IMG/VR virus record: IMGVR_UViG_3300046168_000050
Source: a virus
Reading direction: 5' to 3' (one strand)
Length of the DNA: 64,000 nucleotides
Positions 40,101 to 49,392 of this stretch are shown one piece after another; the stretch's first letter is position 1; every line of letters begins with the position of its first letter. A program made the translations under genes and the position numbers. The notes under the pieces are model-generated. The model was not told the DNA's origin, did not search any database, and saw only the letters and a program-made list of their open reading frames with translations.

Positions 40101-41228
40101 CGCAAGTTCTCCGGCAATAGTAATAGTATTATTTGCTACAGTAGTATTAATACCTTCACCTGCAGCCAGGGTAAGTGTTTCTCCTAAATTAACGGCATTA
40201 GTAGTACCGGCTTCTGATGCTATGTTAATAAAACTATTATCAATTTGGTTATTGCCAATTGAATTAATAGTAACAACACCAGTATTAACGTCAAAGTCGC
40301 TTGAAGAAAATGATGCAATACCTATATTGCTATTGGTAGCATGTTCCCCGGCTATAGTAATTTGGTTATTTGATACGGTTGTATTAATACCTTCTCCAGC
40401 AGAGAAAGTAATAGTATTACCTAGTGATATTTCGTCAGTTGTCCCGCTCTCAGCCGCAATTTTTAATGCCCATCCAGTTGATGTTGCATTACCAGTGATA
40501 TCTAAGTCTCCACCAATATCAAAATTGCCTGTAATATAGGCACTATCTTCTACTGTAAGGGCATCAGTCATTAAGGTGGGAGCATTAACGGTCAGCTGGC
40601 TGTCAATAGTAGTTACATCTAATGTAGTAACACCATCTACGTCTAGGTTACCTACGACAGCAGCATTATTTGCAATTGTAGCAGAATCCGCTAATAGATT
40701 ATCAGTATTTAATGTGCCATCAAAATAACCGTGTCTCCACTGCTGCGTGGAGCTACCTAAATCAAATGCATTAGTTGTGTTCGGAATAACATTCGAGTTA
40801 ATATCTGCATCAAATACAACGTTATCGGTATTATCATCACCTAATGTAACAGTACCAGATGAGCCAGCTTTCATATTCACTACGCCGTCAACGGTAAGAG
40901 TGCCATCTATTTGAAGGTTACCTCCAATGTCAACATTACTTTGCATGTAAACATCACCGGCAAATATATTATCATACGTGCTATCAAATGCTCTAATACG
41001 TGGAGTAACTACTTCAATAATATCAGCAGAATCGAGTCTTGCTTCATGCTCCTTCAAAGCTTCAGCTACTGTAGGATAAGTTCCAGTAAATGTGCTTCTT
41101 CCGGCTGTCTGATTTACATTAGTAAGACTGACACTTCCTACTGAGTCGATAAGTTGGTTAAACCTAAGACGCTGCGTGTTAATAGTATCTGTGGCTAGAT
41201 TAACTTTTGCTATTTTAGCATTAGGCAT
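37200..41228 (-). CDS. Long tail fibre with a C-terminal peptidase S74 intramolecular chaperone
   Basis: YSSDERLKENI cleavage motif, GVIAQEIQKVIPDAV, VRYERIVPLLIEAIK coiled coil; internal AGEGIN.TV.NN and LDTYGH(I/V)T repeats. Confidence 0.9.
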   Translation of the reverse strand: MPNAKIAKVNLATDTINTQRLRFNQLIDSVGSVSLTNVNQTAGRSTFTGTYPTVAEALKEHEARLDSADIIEVVTPRIRAFDSTYDNIFAGDVYMQSNVDIGGNLQIDGTLTVDGVVNMKAGSSGTVTLGDDNTDNVVFDADINSNVIPNTTNAFDLGSSTQQWRHGYFDGTLNTDNLLADSATIANNAAVVGNLDVDGVTTLDVTTIDSQLTVNAPTLMTDALTVEDSAYITGNFDIGGDLDITGNATSTGWALKIAAESGTTDEISLGNTITFSAGEGINTTVSNNQITIAGEHATNSNIGIASFSSSDFDVNTGVVTINSIGNNQIDNSFINIASEAGTTNAVNLGETLTLAAGEGINTTVANNTITIAGELASDTNIGAAKFDNGDFAVSNGNVTLANLTTGAVLGIDGTTNEVEVSRTNGTVTVGLPNNVTITNDLGIGGNFTIGGDFIITGAQKLASAFVELLDGTTGAPSANAGISIDRGTQDSAVIQWNETSDYWEASYNNAATPSRLVAYANLDTTDFTTGATITISDEAIQDMVGAMVTGNTETDITVTYQDGDGTLDFVLDDTTVTAGSYGSTTSIPSFTVDGKGRLTNVTPVSIATTLTISDDSLDSDAVDLLNDKLRFSEGEGINAAVTNNKVTISAELATSTNKGVASFSTDNFSVSNGVVTIKDNGVILGTETTGNYMSGISGTANEIEVSHTPGEGSSATVGLPSSVTVTTDLTTGQDVFVGRNLDVTGNAVIDGNLTISGTTTTVNTETVAIADNIILLNSNAANTPTQNGGIEIERGNSTNVQLRWNEANDYWQVGEGNDPVYTRVATAGWLNAGGGLSYNSSTGEFAHTDTSSQGSVNNTGNSFIQDISLDTYGHITDIVSGSVTVGDATITLAAGSDLHFDETDRTFTTNQSTNQTLTIDHDNITRTNTNNASAPAFGGTFTAIDSLTSNARGHVTGVNTKTVMIPALGTFDNYVSWSFLEGNGGETGTITSGDTLHFEQGTGMQIEKTADDQLTFTNVDRGSLQSIFKRIIPEAADGSDLDVITAGVNDDIFYIRAGGGITLASDAASDRMTISHTDTSDQGSSNNSGRTYIQDIMLDTYGHVTGISTATETVTDTNQLTTFQVEDHDGTEVTISHNKEWKFREGGGVRIIWTDTNPGSNTDPFDLTFETNTGVTAGNGLTGGGTLNVNRTINVGAGNGITVAADEVKMSGSYTGSFSATGNITAYSSDERLKENIAVISDPIRKLKSIGGYSYTWNEEAATAVGFTPESKDEHGVIAQEIQKVIPDAVTSAPFDTDEDGNSKSGEDYLTVRYERIVPLLIEAIKDQQVQIDKLKKELQGR

Positions 41229-41436
41229 TTGCGAAACTTTCTGTTAATTTTTGTAGCATCATCTTTATATCCTGTACGTCTGATTTTAGAGCTTCAATCT
41301 CTTGGCGCTGCTGTAATTCACGATCTCTTTTTTCAATAAACGCATTAGTATTATCTTTATTTATATTCAAAATCATACCAGTACTTTTATCTCTTGCAAG
41401 ATCTGGATAACCATCTACAGAAATATAACCACTCAT
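41221..41436 (-). CDS. Small coiled-coil protein following the DUF4815-like gene
   Basis: V.GYPDLARD..TG.ILN...EIEALKSDVQDIKMML; contains a TATAAATA at 41358-41365. Confidence 0.8.
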   Translation of the reverse strand: MSGYISVDGYPDLARDKSTGMILNINKDNTNAFIEKRDRELQQRQEIEALKSDVQDIKMMLQKLTESFANA

Positions 41437-43094
41437 TATACAGTTGCAATAGTTCTAAGATTTTTAAATAGCGGAATATGAGTAGATTTACTACTGTTCA
41501 TTGTAATTTTAATCTGATATTTGCTAAATAAAGGTAAATCATACTTATTAAACTCATAGGTTCTTGGCATATTGTCTCTTGGCTGGTCTGCATAATTAGA
41601 CACGTCCGGAGTATTAATAGTCTTACTAAACTCTACCCAATTATTAGCTTCAATATTGGTATCATCTCCACTTGTTCTGTACCAAACAGAAAAATCACTG
41701 AATTGCGGCCTAATAGCATCTATTAGCACTCGCAATGATGTTGCTGCAAGCTCAAGACTATAAACAATAGAAAGATGTTTTGCCGCCGTAGTTCCGCCGT
41801 TTGGTTCCGTTTCAAGAGTAAATGGTACAGTAGAGATAAGGTTTCTATTGGGAGTAGTTGTAGCAGCTTGGTAGTCAATAAAATTACTAGTAATACGCAT
41901 TGCTGCAGCGTGCTCATTAATATAAGGAGACGTGTATTTATGTTGAGTAGTAAAGCCAACTCTAATTTTAGTAGAGGGATTACCTGAATTATGATCTGTT
42001 TCAGATTGCGCGCTAGCAATCACTGCCGGGTTTTTAAATCCTTGAACATAATTCTTTTTAATTCTAACATCTGCAATATTAGAATATGCGGTTTCATTAC
42101 CACCGAAAGATTTAGATGCTAAAAAATCACCTACTGCAAACATGTTTGTTTTAGGAGGAGTAACTGCAGGTAAAATTGTTTGAAACTGATCGACAACATA
42201 TTGCTCAGTTGCTAGTACTCCAGCTCCGCCGGCTCTAATGGACGCAGTAGCATTAGCAGATCCACCACAATTAAATGTGTAACCATAAGGATCAGCCGCA
42301 GTAATAGTTTTAGTGCCATACAAATTAGATCCGGTTATACCATTAATAGTATCACTGCTGTCAAATCCATTTGACCCTTTAGATAAGACTACTTTATCAC
42401 CAACTTGAAATCCATGAGCAGGATGAACTACATCTACTAATTTACTTCCCGCCGTAAAAATAAAAGGGTCTGCCGGATATTTAGTGTTATCATCAATTAG
42501 TGTCTGTTCAGTTAATCTTTTTGCTGGTGGAGCGTCTGCGTGAAAAACGGCAAAACTATTTTGCTGAGTAAATTCAGCTCTGTAAACTTTATATGCTAAA
42601 TCTTTCTCATTGTCTGGCCGCCAAGAAGTACCGTTTGATGACTCGTAAAATGCGCCGCGTTCAATGGTAGACGAAAAGAATTCTGTTGTCGAGTTAGTAA
42701 GATGTTCGCCGTTTTTACCTACCCAAATTTTATACTGATCTGCAGAAGCGCCGGTACTAATAACAAGCGCAAGTAATGTATTACCTGCTATATAGACAGG
42801 CTCTCTAAAACTAAATTTAACTTCAGCAGCAGAGGCAAAGTTTGTATTAGCAGCCGCAGCAACAGTTGAGGCTGCAACCGTTACCTTTGTACCTTGAATA
42901 AATTTCTTAGCACTTGGCGCTCCTGATTCGGCACAAGGTCTCAATTCAATAGAAACTGGTTGAGCAGAAGAGCCTGTTGGAGCTTGAGCAAAGAAAAGAC
43001 CTACTCCAGTAAGAACTGATCCGACAGGCTCATCAACCACAAACGTCTGTGCTGATGGGTTGAGCTGTTCACTTAATTGTAATTTACCTGACAT
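41436..43094 (-). CDS. C-terminal part of a DUF4815/VrlC-like baseplate-associated structural protein
   Basis: PSAQTF, F.F.EPVY, FYESSNGTSW..D...DLAYKVYRAEF, ends FKNLRTIATV. Confidence 0.8.
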   Translation of the reverse strand: MSGKLQLSEQLNPSAQTFVVDEPVGSVLTGVGLFFAQAPTGSSAQPVSIELRPCAESGAPSAKKFIQGTKVTVAASTVAAAANTNFASAAEVKFSFREPVYIAGNTLLALVISTGASADQYKIWVGKNGEHLTNSTTEFFSSTIERGAFYESSNGTSWRPDNEKDLAYKVYRAEFTQQNSFAVFHADAPPAKRLTEQTLIDDNTKYPADPFIFTAGSKLVDVVHPAHGFQVGDKVVLSKGSNGFDSSDTINGITGSNLYGTKTITAADPYGYTFNCGGSANATASIRAGGAGVLATEQYVVDQFQTILPAVTPPKTNMFAVGDFLASKSFGGNETAYSNIADVRIKKNYVQGFKNPAVIASAQSETDHNSGNPSTKIRVGFTTQHKYTSPYINEHAAAMRITSNFIDYQAATTTPNRNLISTVPFTLETEPNGGTTAAKHLSIVYSLELAATSLRVLIDAIRPQFSDFSVWYRTSGDDTNIEANNWVEFSKTINTPDVSNYADQPRDNMPRTYEFNKYDLPLFSKYQIKITMNSSKSTHIPLFKNLRTIATV

Positions 43095-43118
43095 TTAAAT
43101 TTCTTTCTATATAGTAAG

Positions 43119-43934
43119 TTAGAACCAACTATTGGTATCCATCCAACTGCTAGTAGTAGTAGTAGTAGTAGTTGGTCTAGCACTAGGTCTAGCGGATGAG
43201 GTCCAAGTGTCTCCAAAAAAACCACCGGCGCCGGCATCCGAAATGCTTGGACCTGTATCAGTAGAACCAAAAAAATACTCATAATCCGTGCTTATACTCG
43301 GACCTGTATCATTATCATTACCTGAAGTAATTGTTGGGCCTGGCGCTGGGGGCGGATCATCTTCCCACACTTCATATTCTACTTCTACGTCAACACTATA
43401 AGTTTCCATTGAATAATTAATAAACTGGCCAATCGAAGAGTATTCTGCCGTAGCATGAGATAGGGCCGCCGCTTTATCAGTTGTAGAAATATTAATAGCT
43501 AAAAGAGGAATACTGTTATCACCCCCATTGTAGCTATAATTTGTTGATCCTGTACCACATCTCCAGCTGTAAGTTGAATTACTTTGTAAAAAAAGCACTC
43601 CTTCCAATTCACCTGAAGCAGTAGTAGTAAGAGGAGTGCCAGAAGGTCCTCCGAGATCTGAAGGAAACTGCGTCTCAAACAAATATTTATCGCCTGGATT
43701 TCTAAACACAGAACTACGAGCTGAAGCATTAAAATCATTAATACTAAAACTTGTATTAGCAAATGCTGTCACGTCTCTATTTTGTAAAAATAACCAATGA
43801 TTATCATTAGGTCTTAAACCTGAAAACTTAAAGTAAATAAAACGAGATCTAAATGCAGGATTAAAATCATATCCGTTATCTAATTCTCTTACTCTAGATT
43901 CTTGTTCTATTTTTGTTGCTGTTACCCAGGGCAT
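43119..43934 (-). CDS. Middle part of a DUF4815/VrlC-like structural protein with a low-complexity tail
   Basis: RSRFIYFKFSGLRPN, LTTTASGELEG; C-terminal P/T/G-rich linker containing (AGT)7. Confidence 0.7.
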   Translation of the reverse strand: MPWVTATKIEQESRVRELDNGYDFNPAFRSRFIYFKFSGLRPNDNHWLFLQNRDVTAFANTSFSINDFNASARSSVFRNPGDKYLFETQFPSDLGGPSGTPLTTTASGELEGVLFLQSNSTYSWRCGTGSTNYSYNGGDNSIPLLAINISTTDKAAALSHATAEYSSIGQFINYSMETYSVDVEVEYEVWEDDPPPAPGPTITSGNDNDTGPSISTDYEYFFGSTDTGPSISDAGAGGFFGDTWTSSARPSARPTTTTTTTSSWMDTNSWF

Positions 43935-46867
43935 TATGCTTCCTCGTTCTGATTACCTTGAGAAAGAACAACCGTATCACCTTGTGTAGTGAGCGATTCA
44001 TTATGCTCTCCTACATGGTTAACGTCAACTTCTCTTCTCATTTCATATGTATCAACTGCCGGCTCAACGAATCCTGAACCAATAAACTTAACAAGTTCAA
44101 ATCTATTTACACTTTGATATCCAGTTGCCTTGTCCTGATTGACCATAACAGTTTCAGTAAAGTTTGGCCAAATAGTACTACCATGCAGAGCCACTCCGCT
44201 TGATGCAGCAGAATCATATTTAAGGCCAATATCTCTCCAGTATCTCATCGGCGCTAGGACGCCAGATTTCTTACGAATAGCAGCCTTGTAATCATTATCT
44301 GTTACTTTAGATTGAATGTTATTAGTAAACGTGTCTCCTGTCATTCCTTGTTTCACACGATCAGGTATAACTGTCCGTTCTAGTTCAATTTCAGCAAGTG
44401 AAAGCGAAGTTAACTCTTCTACATTTTCCACACGTCTTTCAATCTTGCGGATATCTGACATTTTATAACCACGGTTATCATACTTAGACTGCATAAGGTC
44501 GCGCTCATTAAGATGATAAGGAGCCAACATAATTCTATGTAATCTCATAGACGAAGAAGGAACTCCTTCAGGATCACTGGGAGATAAGCTTGTTACTCCC
44601 GTATGCACTTCAAGATTACCATTATTATTAATAGCTACTATATCTACTCTAGGCTCCCATATAGACACCTCACCAATATCAATCGTATCAGTATTTCTTG
44701 GAACATATTGAATTACTGCTCCTGTACCAGCAAAATCGTCACCGGTATTATCTTTTACAGATCTTAGATCCATAACGTCTGATAGCCTTACAGTAGCACC
44801 TGTTTCAGTATTATAATATGGAATCTTATCGTATTCTAAATCTGGATAAGATGCGCCGCCAGCAAAATAATCTCCGGTAGTATGATCAAAGCTATCAAAG
44901 GTAACGACTACATTACCTGAAGGGGCAGCGGCACCACCTTTAAGTTTACCAGATCCTACAGTATAGAAATTATCGCGCTGGCCGTTATCGAAAATAAATC
45001 TATGAGTAATGTCCTCACTTGTCGTGCTATCTACGACGCTTTTAAATTTATAAATGTCATGATGAGAAAGTGTAAATTTACCCCCAGAAAGCGCTAGCGT
45101 TTGAGTTCGGTCAACAACAAGAGTTTTAGTTTTTCTTACTGCAGTTTTTCTTTCATATCCAAACAATCTAACTGATCCATTAGTAAGGCCAGTAATAGTT
45201 GCTGAAGACGTAGGAGTACCTGATACTGTAGGAGGAGAAATAAGATTATTATTATTTGCCACTTCTTCTACAATCCATTGCTCTTGATCAGCAAATGTAT
45301 TTCCGCCTGTAGAGAACGTAGCTGAATTATTGGACGCAGTGGCTGTATATACTTTACCTATATTTAAAGTTACAGATCCATCTTTAACTGTATTAATTCT
45401 TCCAGGTAAAGGAAATAATAGATTATTTTCTAACTTATCAATAATATCATAGTTGCTATTAATAGCCACAATGTTACCATAGCTATTAGCACTAGTACCT
45501 ACGCTACGAGCATTTCTTAGTGAGTTAGAGCCGTACATTTCAACATCAAAAACGTGTAATCTAAAATCATTATCGAACTCATCAATATTTCTAATTCTAG
45601 CTCTACCTATAGAACTACCGCTTGTTGCAGTGCCGCTATAGATTCCTACAGAATCATATCCGTTAATTACATCAAGAAGACCTTTAGTATTAGCACCATC
45701 AGTTAAAAAGTAATTACCATATCTCGCTGAAATAAATTCATTATTTTTAGTTGTTATGTCGTCTACAAGATTTCTTGGTTTAGCTACTTTAATAGGAGCT
45801 AAGTTTTGCTTGTCATATCTCTTTCCGTTAACAAAGGCTGTACCATCTGAAACTTGGTACCAAAGATAATCTGAACTATCTGGCTTAGTTGAGATAGTAA
45901 GGTCAAGGGAACCAAGCCTTTCATCCACAATAAAGTTGCCATTAGTATCATTAGCTCTGTTGTATATAATACCACCTAGAGTTGATAACACATTATCCGC
46001 GGTTTGTACATTGGTGACATAACCTTGATTAAGTTTCATAAGCGGATAAAATGTTTTACCGGCAGTTTTATCTGCTTCTTTTTTTAGCGTAAGGGTAATT
46101 CTTAGTCTATCAGCTCCCGGAGAAGTTAAGTTAGGAGTAGCGCCGGAGTTGTCATATAATGCAACATTATCAGATGTGTTGTAAATTTCTTGTGTAACTT
46201 CAAAACCCACAGTACCATTAAACTGAGGGTTAAACTTGTCTAGTACCAGTGACTGTTTTTCTACGAACAAAATATGTCCGGCGGCAAAGGTATTAAATTC
46301 AGGAACTTCTAAGAATGAGGCATTACCAATAGCATCTTGCACCTGTTCATCCGTAGATACACTCAGCTCGTAAGAAGTGGATCTAATGGTAGCTGTTAAT
46401 GTATCAGCTGGATTAAATTTAACAGAAACTGTAGTATCTTCAGAGGTAGTAGAATTAGCGTCGATATATTTTACTAGTAAAGTATTATAAACATCTGTAC
46501 CAACAGAGCTATTTACAGAAGTAGAAGGAATAACAGCTTTTATTATAGCCTTTACGCCATTTTGATTAGAGAATGTTTCCCCGACAAATACATCATAGCC
46601 CACTGGAAGTGTAGATACCCGTACGAAACCAATAGGATCGTTTGCACTGTTTGATGTGCCGTAAGAAGTATTAAATAACCCACCAGGAGTAAAAATAAAT
46701 TTAGCAATACGCTCAATTTCTTTTTGAATAATCGTCTGAGATTGAGTTAATTCTCTTGCCTGCAGAGCTCTTCCGTTATTAAAAAGAATTCTATGATAGT
46801 GATCGCTATCACGATAATCATCGTTGTAGGAGCCAAGAAATGTATTTTCGTTTACCGTAGTTGCCAT
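43934..46867 (-). CDS. N-terminal part of a DUF4815/VrlC-like structural protein
   Basis: YNDDY...HRILFNNGRALQARELTQSQTI, SPGADRL, FDNGQRDNFY, DNRGYKMSDIRKIERRVENVE. Confidence 0.85.
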   Translation of the reverse strand: MATTVNENTFLGSYNDDYRDSDHYHRILFNNGRALQARELTQSQTIIQKEIERIAKFIFTPGGLFNTSYGTSNSANDPIGFVRVSTLPVGYDVFVGETFSNQNGVKAIIKAVIPSTSVNSSVGTDVYNTLLVKYIDANSTTSEDTTVSVKFNPADTLTATIRSTSYELSVSTDEQVQDAIGNASFLEVPEFNTFAAGHILFVEKQSLVLDKFNPQFNGTVGFEVTQEIYNTSDNVALYDNSGATPNLTSPGADRLRITLTLKKEADKTAGKTFYPLMKLNQGYVTNVQTADNVLSTLGGIIYNRANDTNGNFIVDERLGSLDLTISTKPDSSDYLWYQVSDGTAFVNGKRYDKQNLAPIKVAKPRNLVDDITTKNNEFISARYGNYFLTDGANTKGLLDVINGYDSVGIYSGTATSGSSIGRARIRNIDEFDNDFRLHVFDVEMYGSNSLRNARSVGTSANSYGNIVAINSNYDIIDKLENNLLFPLPGRINTVKDGSVTLNIGKVYTATASNNSATFSTGGNTFADQEQWIVEEVANNNNLISPPTVSGTPTSSATITGLTNGSVRLFGYERKTAVRKTKTLVVDRTQTLALSGGKFTLSHHDIYKFKSVVDSTTSEDITHRFIFDNGQRDNFYTVGSGKLKGGAAAPSGNVVVTFDSFDHTTGDYFAGGASYPDLEYDKIPYYNTETGATVRLSDVMDLRSVKDNTGDDFAGTGAVIQYVPRNTDTIDIGEVSIWEPRVDIVAINNNGNLEVHTGVTSLSPSDPEGVPSSSMRLHRIMLAPYHLNERDLMQSKYDNRGYKMSDIRKIERRVENVEELTSLSLAEIELERTVIPDRVKQGMTGDTFTNNIQSKVTDNDYKAAIRKKSGVLAPMRYWRDIGLKYDSAASSGVALHGSTIWPNFTETVMVNQDKATGYQSVNRFELVKFIGSGFVEPAVDTYEMRREVDVNHVGEHNESLTTQGDTVVLSQGNQNEEA

Positions 46868-46876
46868 GATTTATCC

Positions 46877-48376
46877 TTATAGTCTTACTACAACTTTAAT
46901 ATCTTCTGTTTGCTGAGGATCCCGGGCAGTAGCTGATTGATTGCTAACAAACAAAACTTCACCAGAAAATCTATCAACATCTGGAGCAATGTTAGCGGAA
47001 TCAATAGTTAAACTACCTGATATTTTGCCAGGAACAGTAACAGCTTCACCATCTACAAACGCGGTAAATCCAGTTTCTTCTGTCTGATGATACCAAATAG
47101 TAGCGCTGTCGTCGTTCCATGCCATGTAACCTTGGGCGTTACTATCTGTACCAAATATAATAGGATCATCATCAAATTCTAACTGATATTCGCCTGACGC
47201 CTGTAGATAATCTCCATCACCAAACGCCAAGTTAGCTCTCATTTTCTTAAGAGCTGTTCCTGCTTCTGCAGTAAATAATGTGCCATTAGCACTGTCTTTA
47301 ATATTCTTGATTAATCCGATTTGCCTATAGTCCTGATCAACCGGCCATGTGGGGCTGTTATTAACATTAACGCCACCAACAGGCTTAATATTGAACATCA
47401 GAGATGTTGACCTGAGATCTTTTCTTGCATCAGCTCCAGTTCCTGCTATGGGGCCAAAAACAGGAGCAATAACAGCATCGGTACCACCAGCTTGTAGATT
47501 AGTAGCACTTACGTTTATATTAGCATAATCATAACCAGATCCCTGATCTGCTACAAAGGAAATAGCTCCAGCATCTGGGCTATCACCAACTTCTACGGCT
47601 GCAATTGAATTATTAATTGGATTTAAAATAGCATAAGCTTTTGCGTTAACACCATTTCCCACGACAGTAAGAGCCGGGCCTACCTTTTGCCCGGAAGAAT
47701 GAACAGTGCCCGTGTAAGGTCCGCCAGGAGTGATTACTCGATATCCTATAATTTGTCCAGGTACTGCAGCATTTTGAACTGAAAGCTGAGAGAATCTAGG
47801 GTCTGTTAATTCAGCTGAATCTACGAACTCTACAGGCATAAAATTAGTTGTTAAAAAATTATTAGCAGCTGCAGTCGTAATAGTATACATGTATTTCCAC
47901 ACATAACCATCTGTTTCAGGTGCAAGAGTTATATTAGTATGATCCGGTTTTACTGTAGAAGTTTTAGGAGTACCGTCACTGTTTTTACCTTTGCGCAAAC
48001 AAATGTAAACTTTGTTTTCATCTGTTCTTATATAGTAAGTATTTTGAGGCTGGCCTGATATAGCATCGCTGTACTGATAATATTCTTTATTAGGCGACCA
48101 GTCATAGTCTGGCCCACCTGGAATTACGAATGAAAGATTTTCTGCAGCTTTGACTGATTGTAAATTATATCTAAATAATCTTTCTTCTCTGTCGTGGTTG
48201 TCAGCAGCTGTAGTATTAGGTACTACATCGGTTTGAGCCTCTGCTTGCCATTGTTGCGATCTACCTACTCCAATATAATAGTAATTATTGGAGTCACCAA
48301 TATTAGCTGTGTTAAACTCGTCAAAAATAGTTTGAGCTAATTGTAATTTAATTTTATCTGTAATTATCGCTGCCAT
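46877..48376 (-). CDS. gp8: Baseplate wedge subunit gp8
   Basis: MAAIITDKIK, KVYICL, DGYVWKYMYTI, YRQIGLIKN, QTEDIKVVVRL. Confidence 0.92.
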   Translation of the reverse strand: MAAIITDKIKLQLAQTIFDEFNTANIGDSNNYYYIGVGRSQQWQAEAQTDVVPNTTAADNHDREERLFRYNLQSVKAAENLSFVIPGGPDYDWSPNKEYYQYSDAISGQPQNTYYIRTDENKVYICLRKGKNSDGTPKTSTVKPDHTNITLAPETDGYVWKYMYTITTAAANNFLTTNFMPVEFVDSAELTDPRFSQLSVQNAAVPGQIIGYRVITPGGPYTGTVHSSGQKVGPALTVVGNGVNAKAYAILNPINNSIAAVEVGDSPDAGAISFVADQGSGYDYANINVSATNLQAGGTDAVIAPVFGPIAGTGADARKDLRSTSLMFNIKPVGGVNVNNSPTWPVDQDYRQIGLIKNIKDSANGTLFTAEAGTALKKMRANLAFGDGDYLQASGEYQLEFDDDPIIFGTDSNAQGYMAWNDDSATIWYHQTEETGFTAFVDGEAVTVPGKISGSLTIDSANIAPDVDRFSGEVLFVSNQSATARDPQQTEDIKVVVRL

Positions 48377-48388
48377 TGTTATACCCTA

Positions 48389-49348
48389 TTAAGAAATTGT
48401 ATAGCCTTCACCACCAATAACGCTCCACTGAGAGCCATTCCAAATAATCATAACCGTATCATTTGGTGATAGTGCAATACTAGTTCCTTGAGAAAAATTA
48501 GTTGGAGTAACCGTTGTGGTATTAGCTCCGTCATGGGTAAATACCTTTACTTCACCCGTTGTTAATCCATTATCTACTGTAGCAACAATATTAGCTGTTG
48601 CTGTACTTTGAATATAACTTATATTTTGAGCTACAGTGCCTGTTGAGCTAATAGTACCTGAAGAATAAGCAAGTTTACTAACTCTTACTGAACCAGCTCC
48701 TTTGGGATTAAGCTCTAAATTAATATTAGTGTCTGCAGATCCCTCTGTAGAAATAATAGGAGAATCAGGAGAAGCTTTGCTCTCAATCCTTAATCTATTT
48801 CTAGCATTTACTGTATCAGTAAACGATATGACTGGATGCCCATTCGAATCTGCTAACCATTCATGAACGTTAGCTCTTTTTAGCGTAGGTAGATTTAAAG
48901 TTTTATTTGTAAGAGACTGTGTATCAGTAGTACCGACAACTACCCCGGCTGGAATAGTTTTACGACTGGCTGCCCCATCAATAATTCCTGAAGCATTAGA
49001 TAGAATAAAACTAGAAGTAGCAAGTCCAGATAATGTATTATCATCAGCGCTAATGGTTTTGTTCGTAAGTGTTTGAGTGGCCGTATCAACTACTACGTTA
49101 CCAGCTGAATCAGGAAAATCAATATTAATTGTCGAAGCCGGATCAGCAGCTCCTACCTGCGTAATAAAGCTGCTTCCTACGATAGAAATACCGCTGTCCG
49201 TAAGTCGTGTAACATTACCTAAAGTTGCACCACCAAACTGGTTGTACAACTCTGTAAAATTATTATTAATTTTATTGCCAGCAGCTCTAAGGGTATCGCC
49301 TGTACCATCATTAGCCGCCGAGCCAACATTAATTGCTTCTTGAACCAT
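48389..49348 (-). CDS. Baseplate wedge/fibre connector with a gp9/gp10-type N-terminus
   Basis: INVGSAANDGTGDTLRAAGNKINNNFTELY; TQ.LTNKT fibre repeats. Confidence 0.8.
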   Translation of the reverse strand: MVQEAINVGSAANDGTGDTLRAAGNKINNNFTELYNQFGGATLGNVTRLTDSGISIVGSSFITQVGAADPASTINIDFPDSAGNVVVDTATQTLTNKTISADDNTLSGLATSSFILSNASGIIDGAASRKTIPAGVVVGTTDTQSLTNKTLNLPTLKRANVHEWLADSNGHPVISFTDTVNARNRLRIESKASPDSPIISTEGSADTNINLELNPKGAGSVRVSKLAYSSGTISSTGTVAQNISYIQSTATANIVATVDNGLTTGEVKVFTHDGANTTTVTPTNFSQGTSIALSPNDTVMIIWNGSQWSVIGGEGYTIS

Positions 49349-49372
49349 ATCTGTGCCTTAATTGATTAACAT

Positions 49373-49380
49373 TATTTATA
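49373..49380 (-). promoter_or_regulatory. T4-type late promoter
   Basis: TATAAATA 25 nt upstream of ATG 49348. Confidence 0.8.
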
Positions 49381-49392
49381 TAGGTAATTAGT

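Noticed and set aside
43152-43172. (AGT)7 microsatellite as a contingency locus
   Set aside because: A triplet unit keeps the frame and only alters a poly-Thr linker
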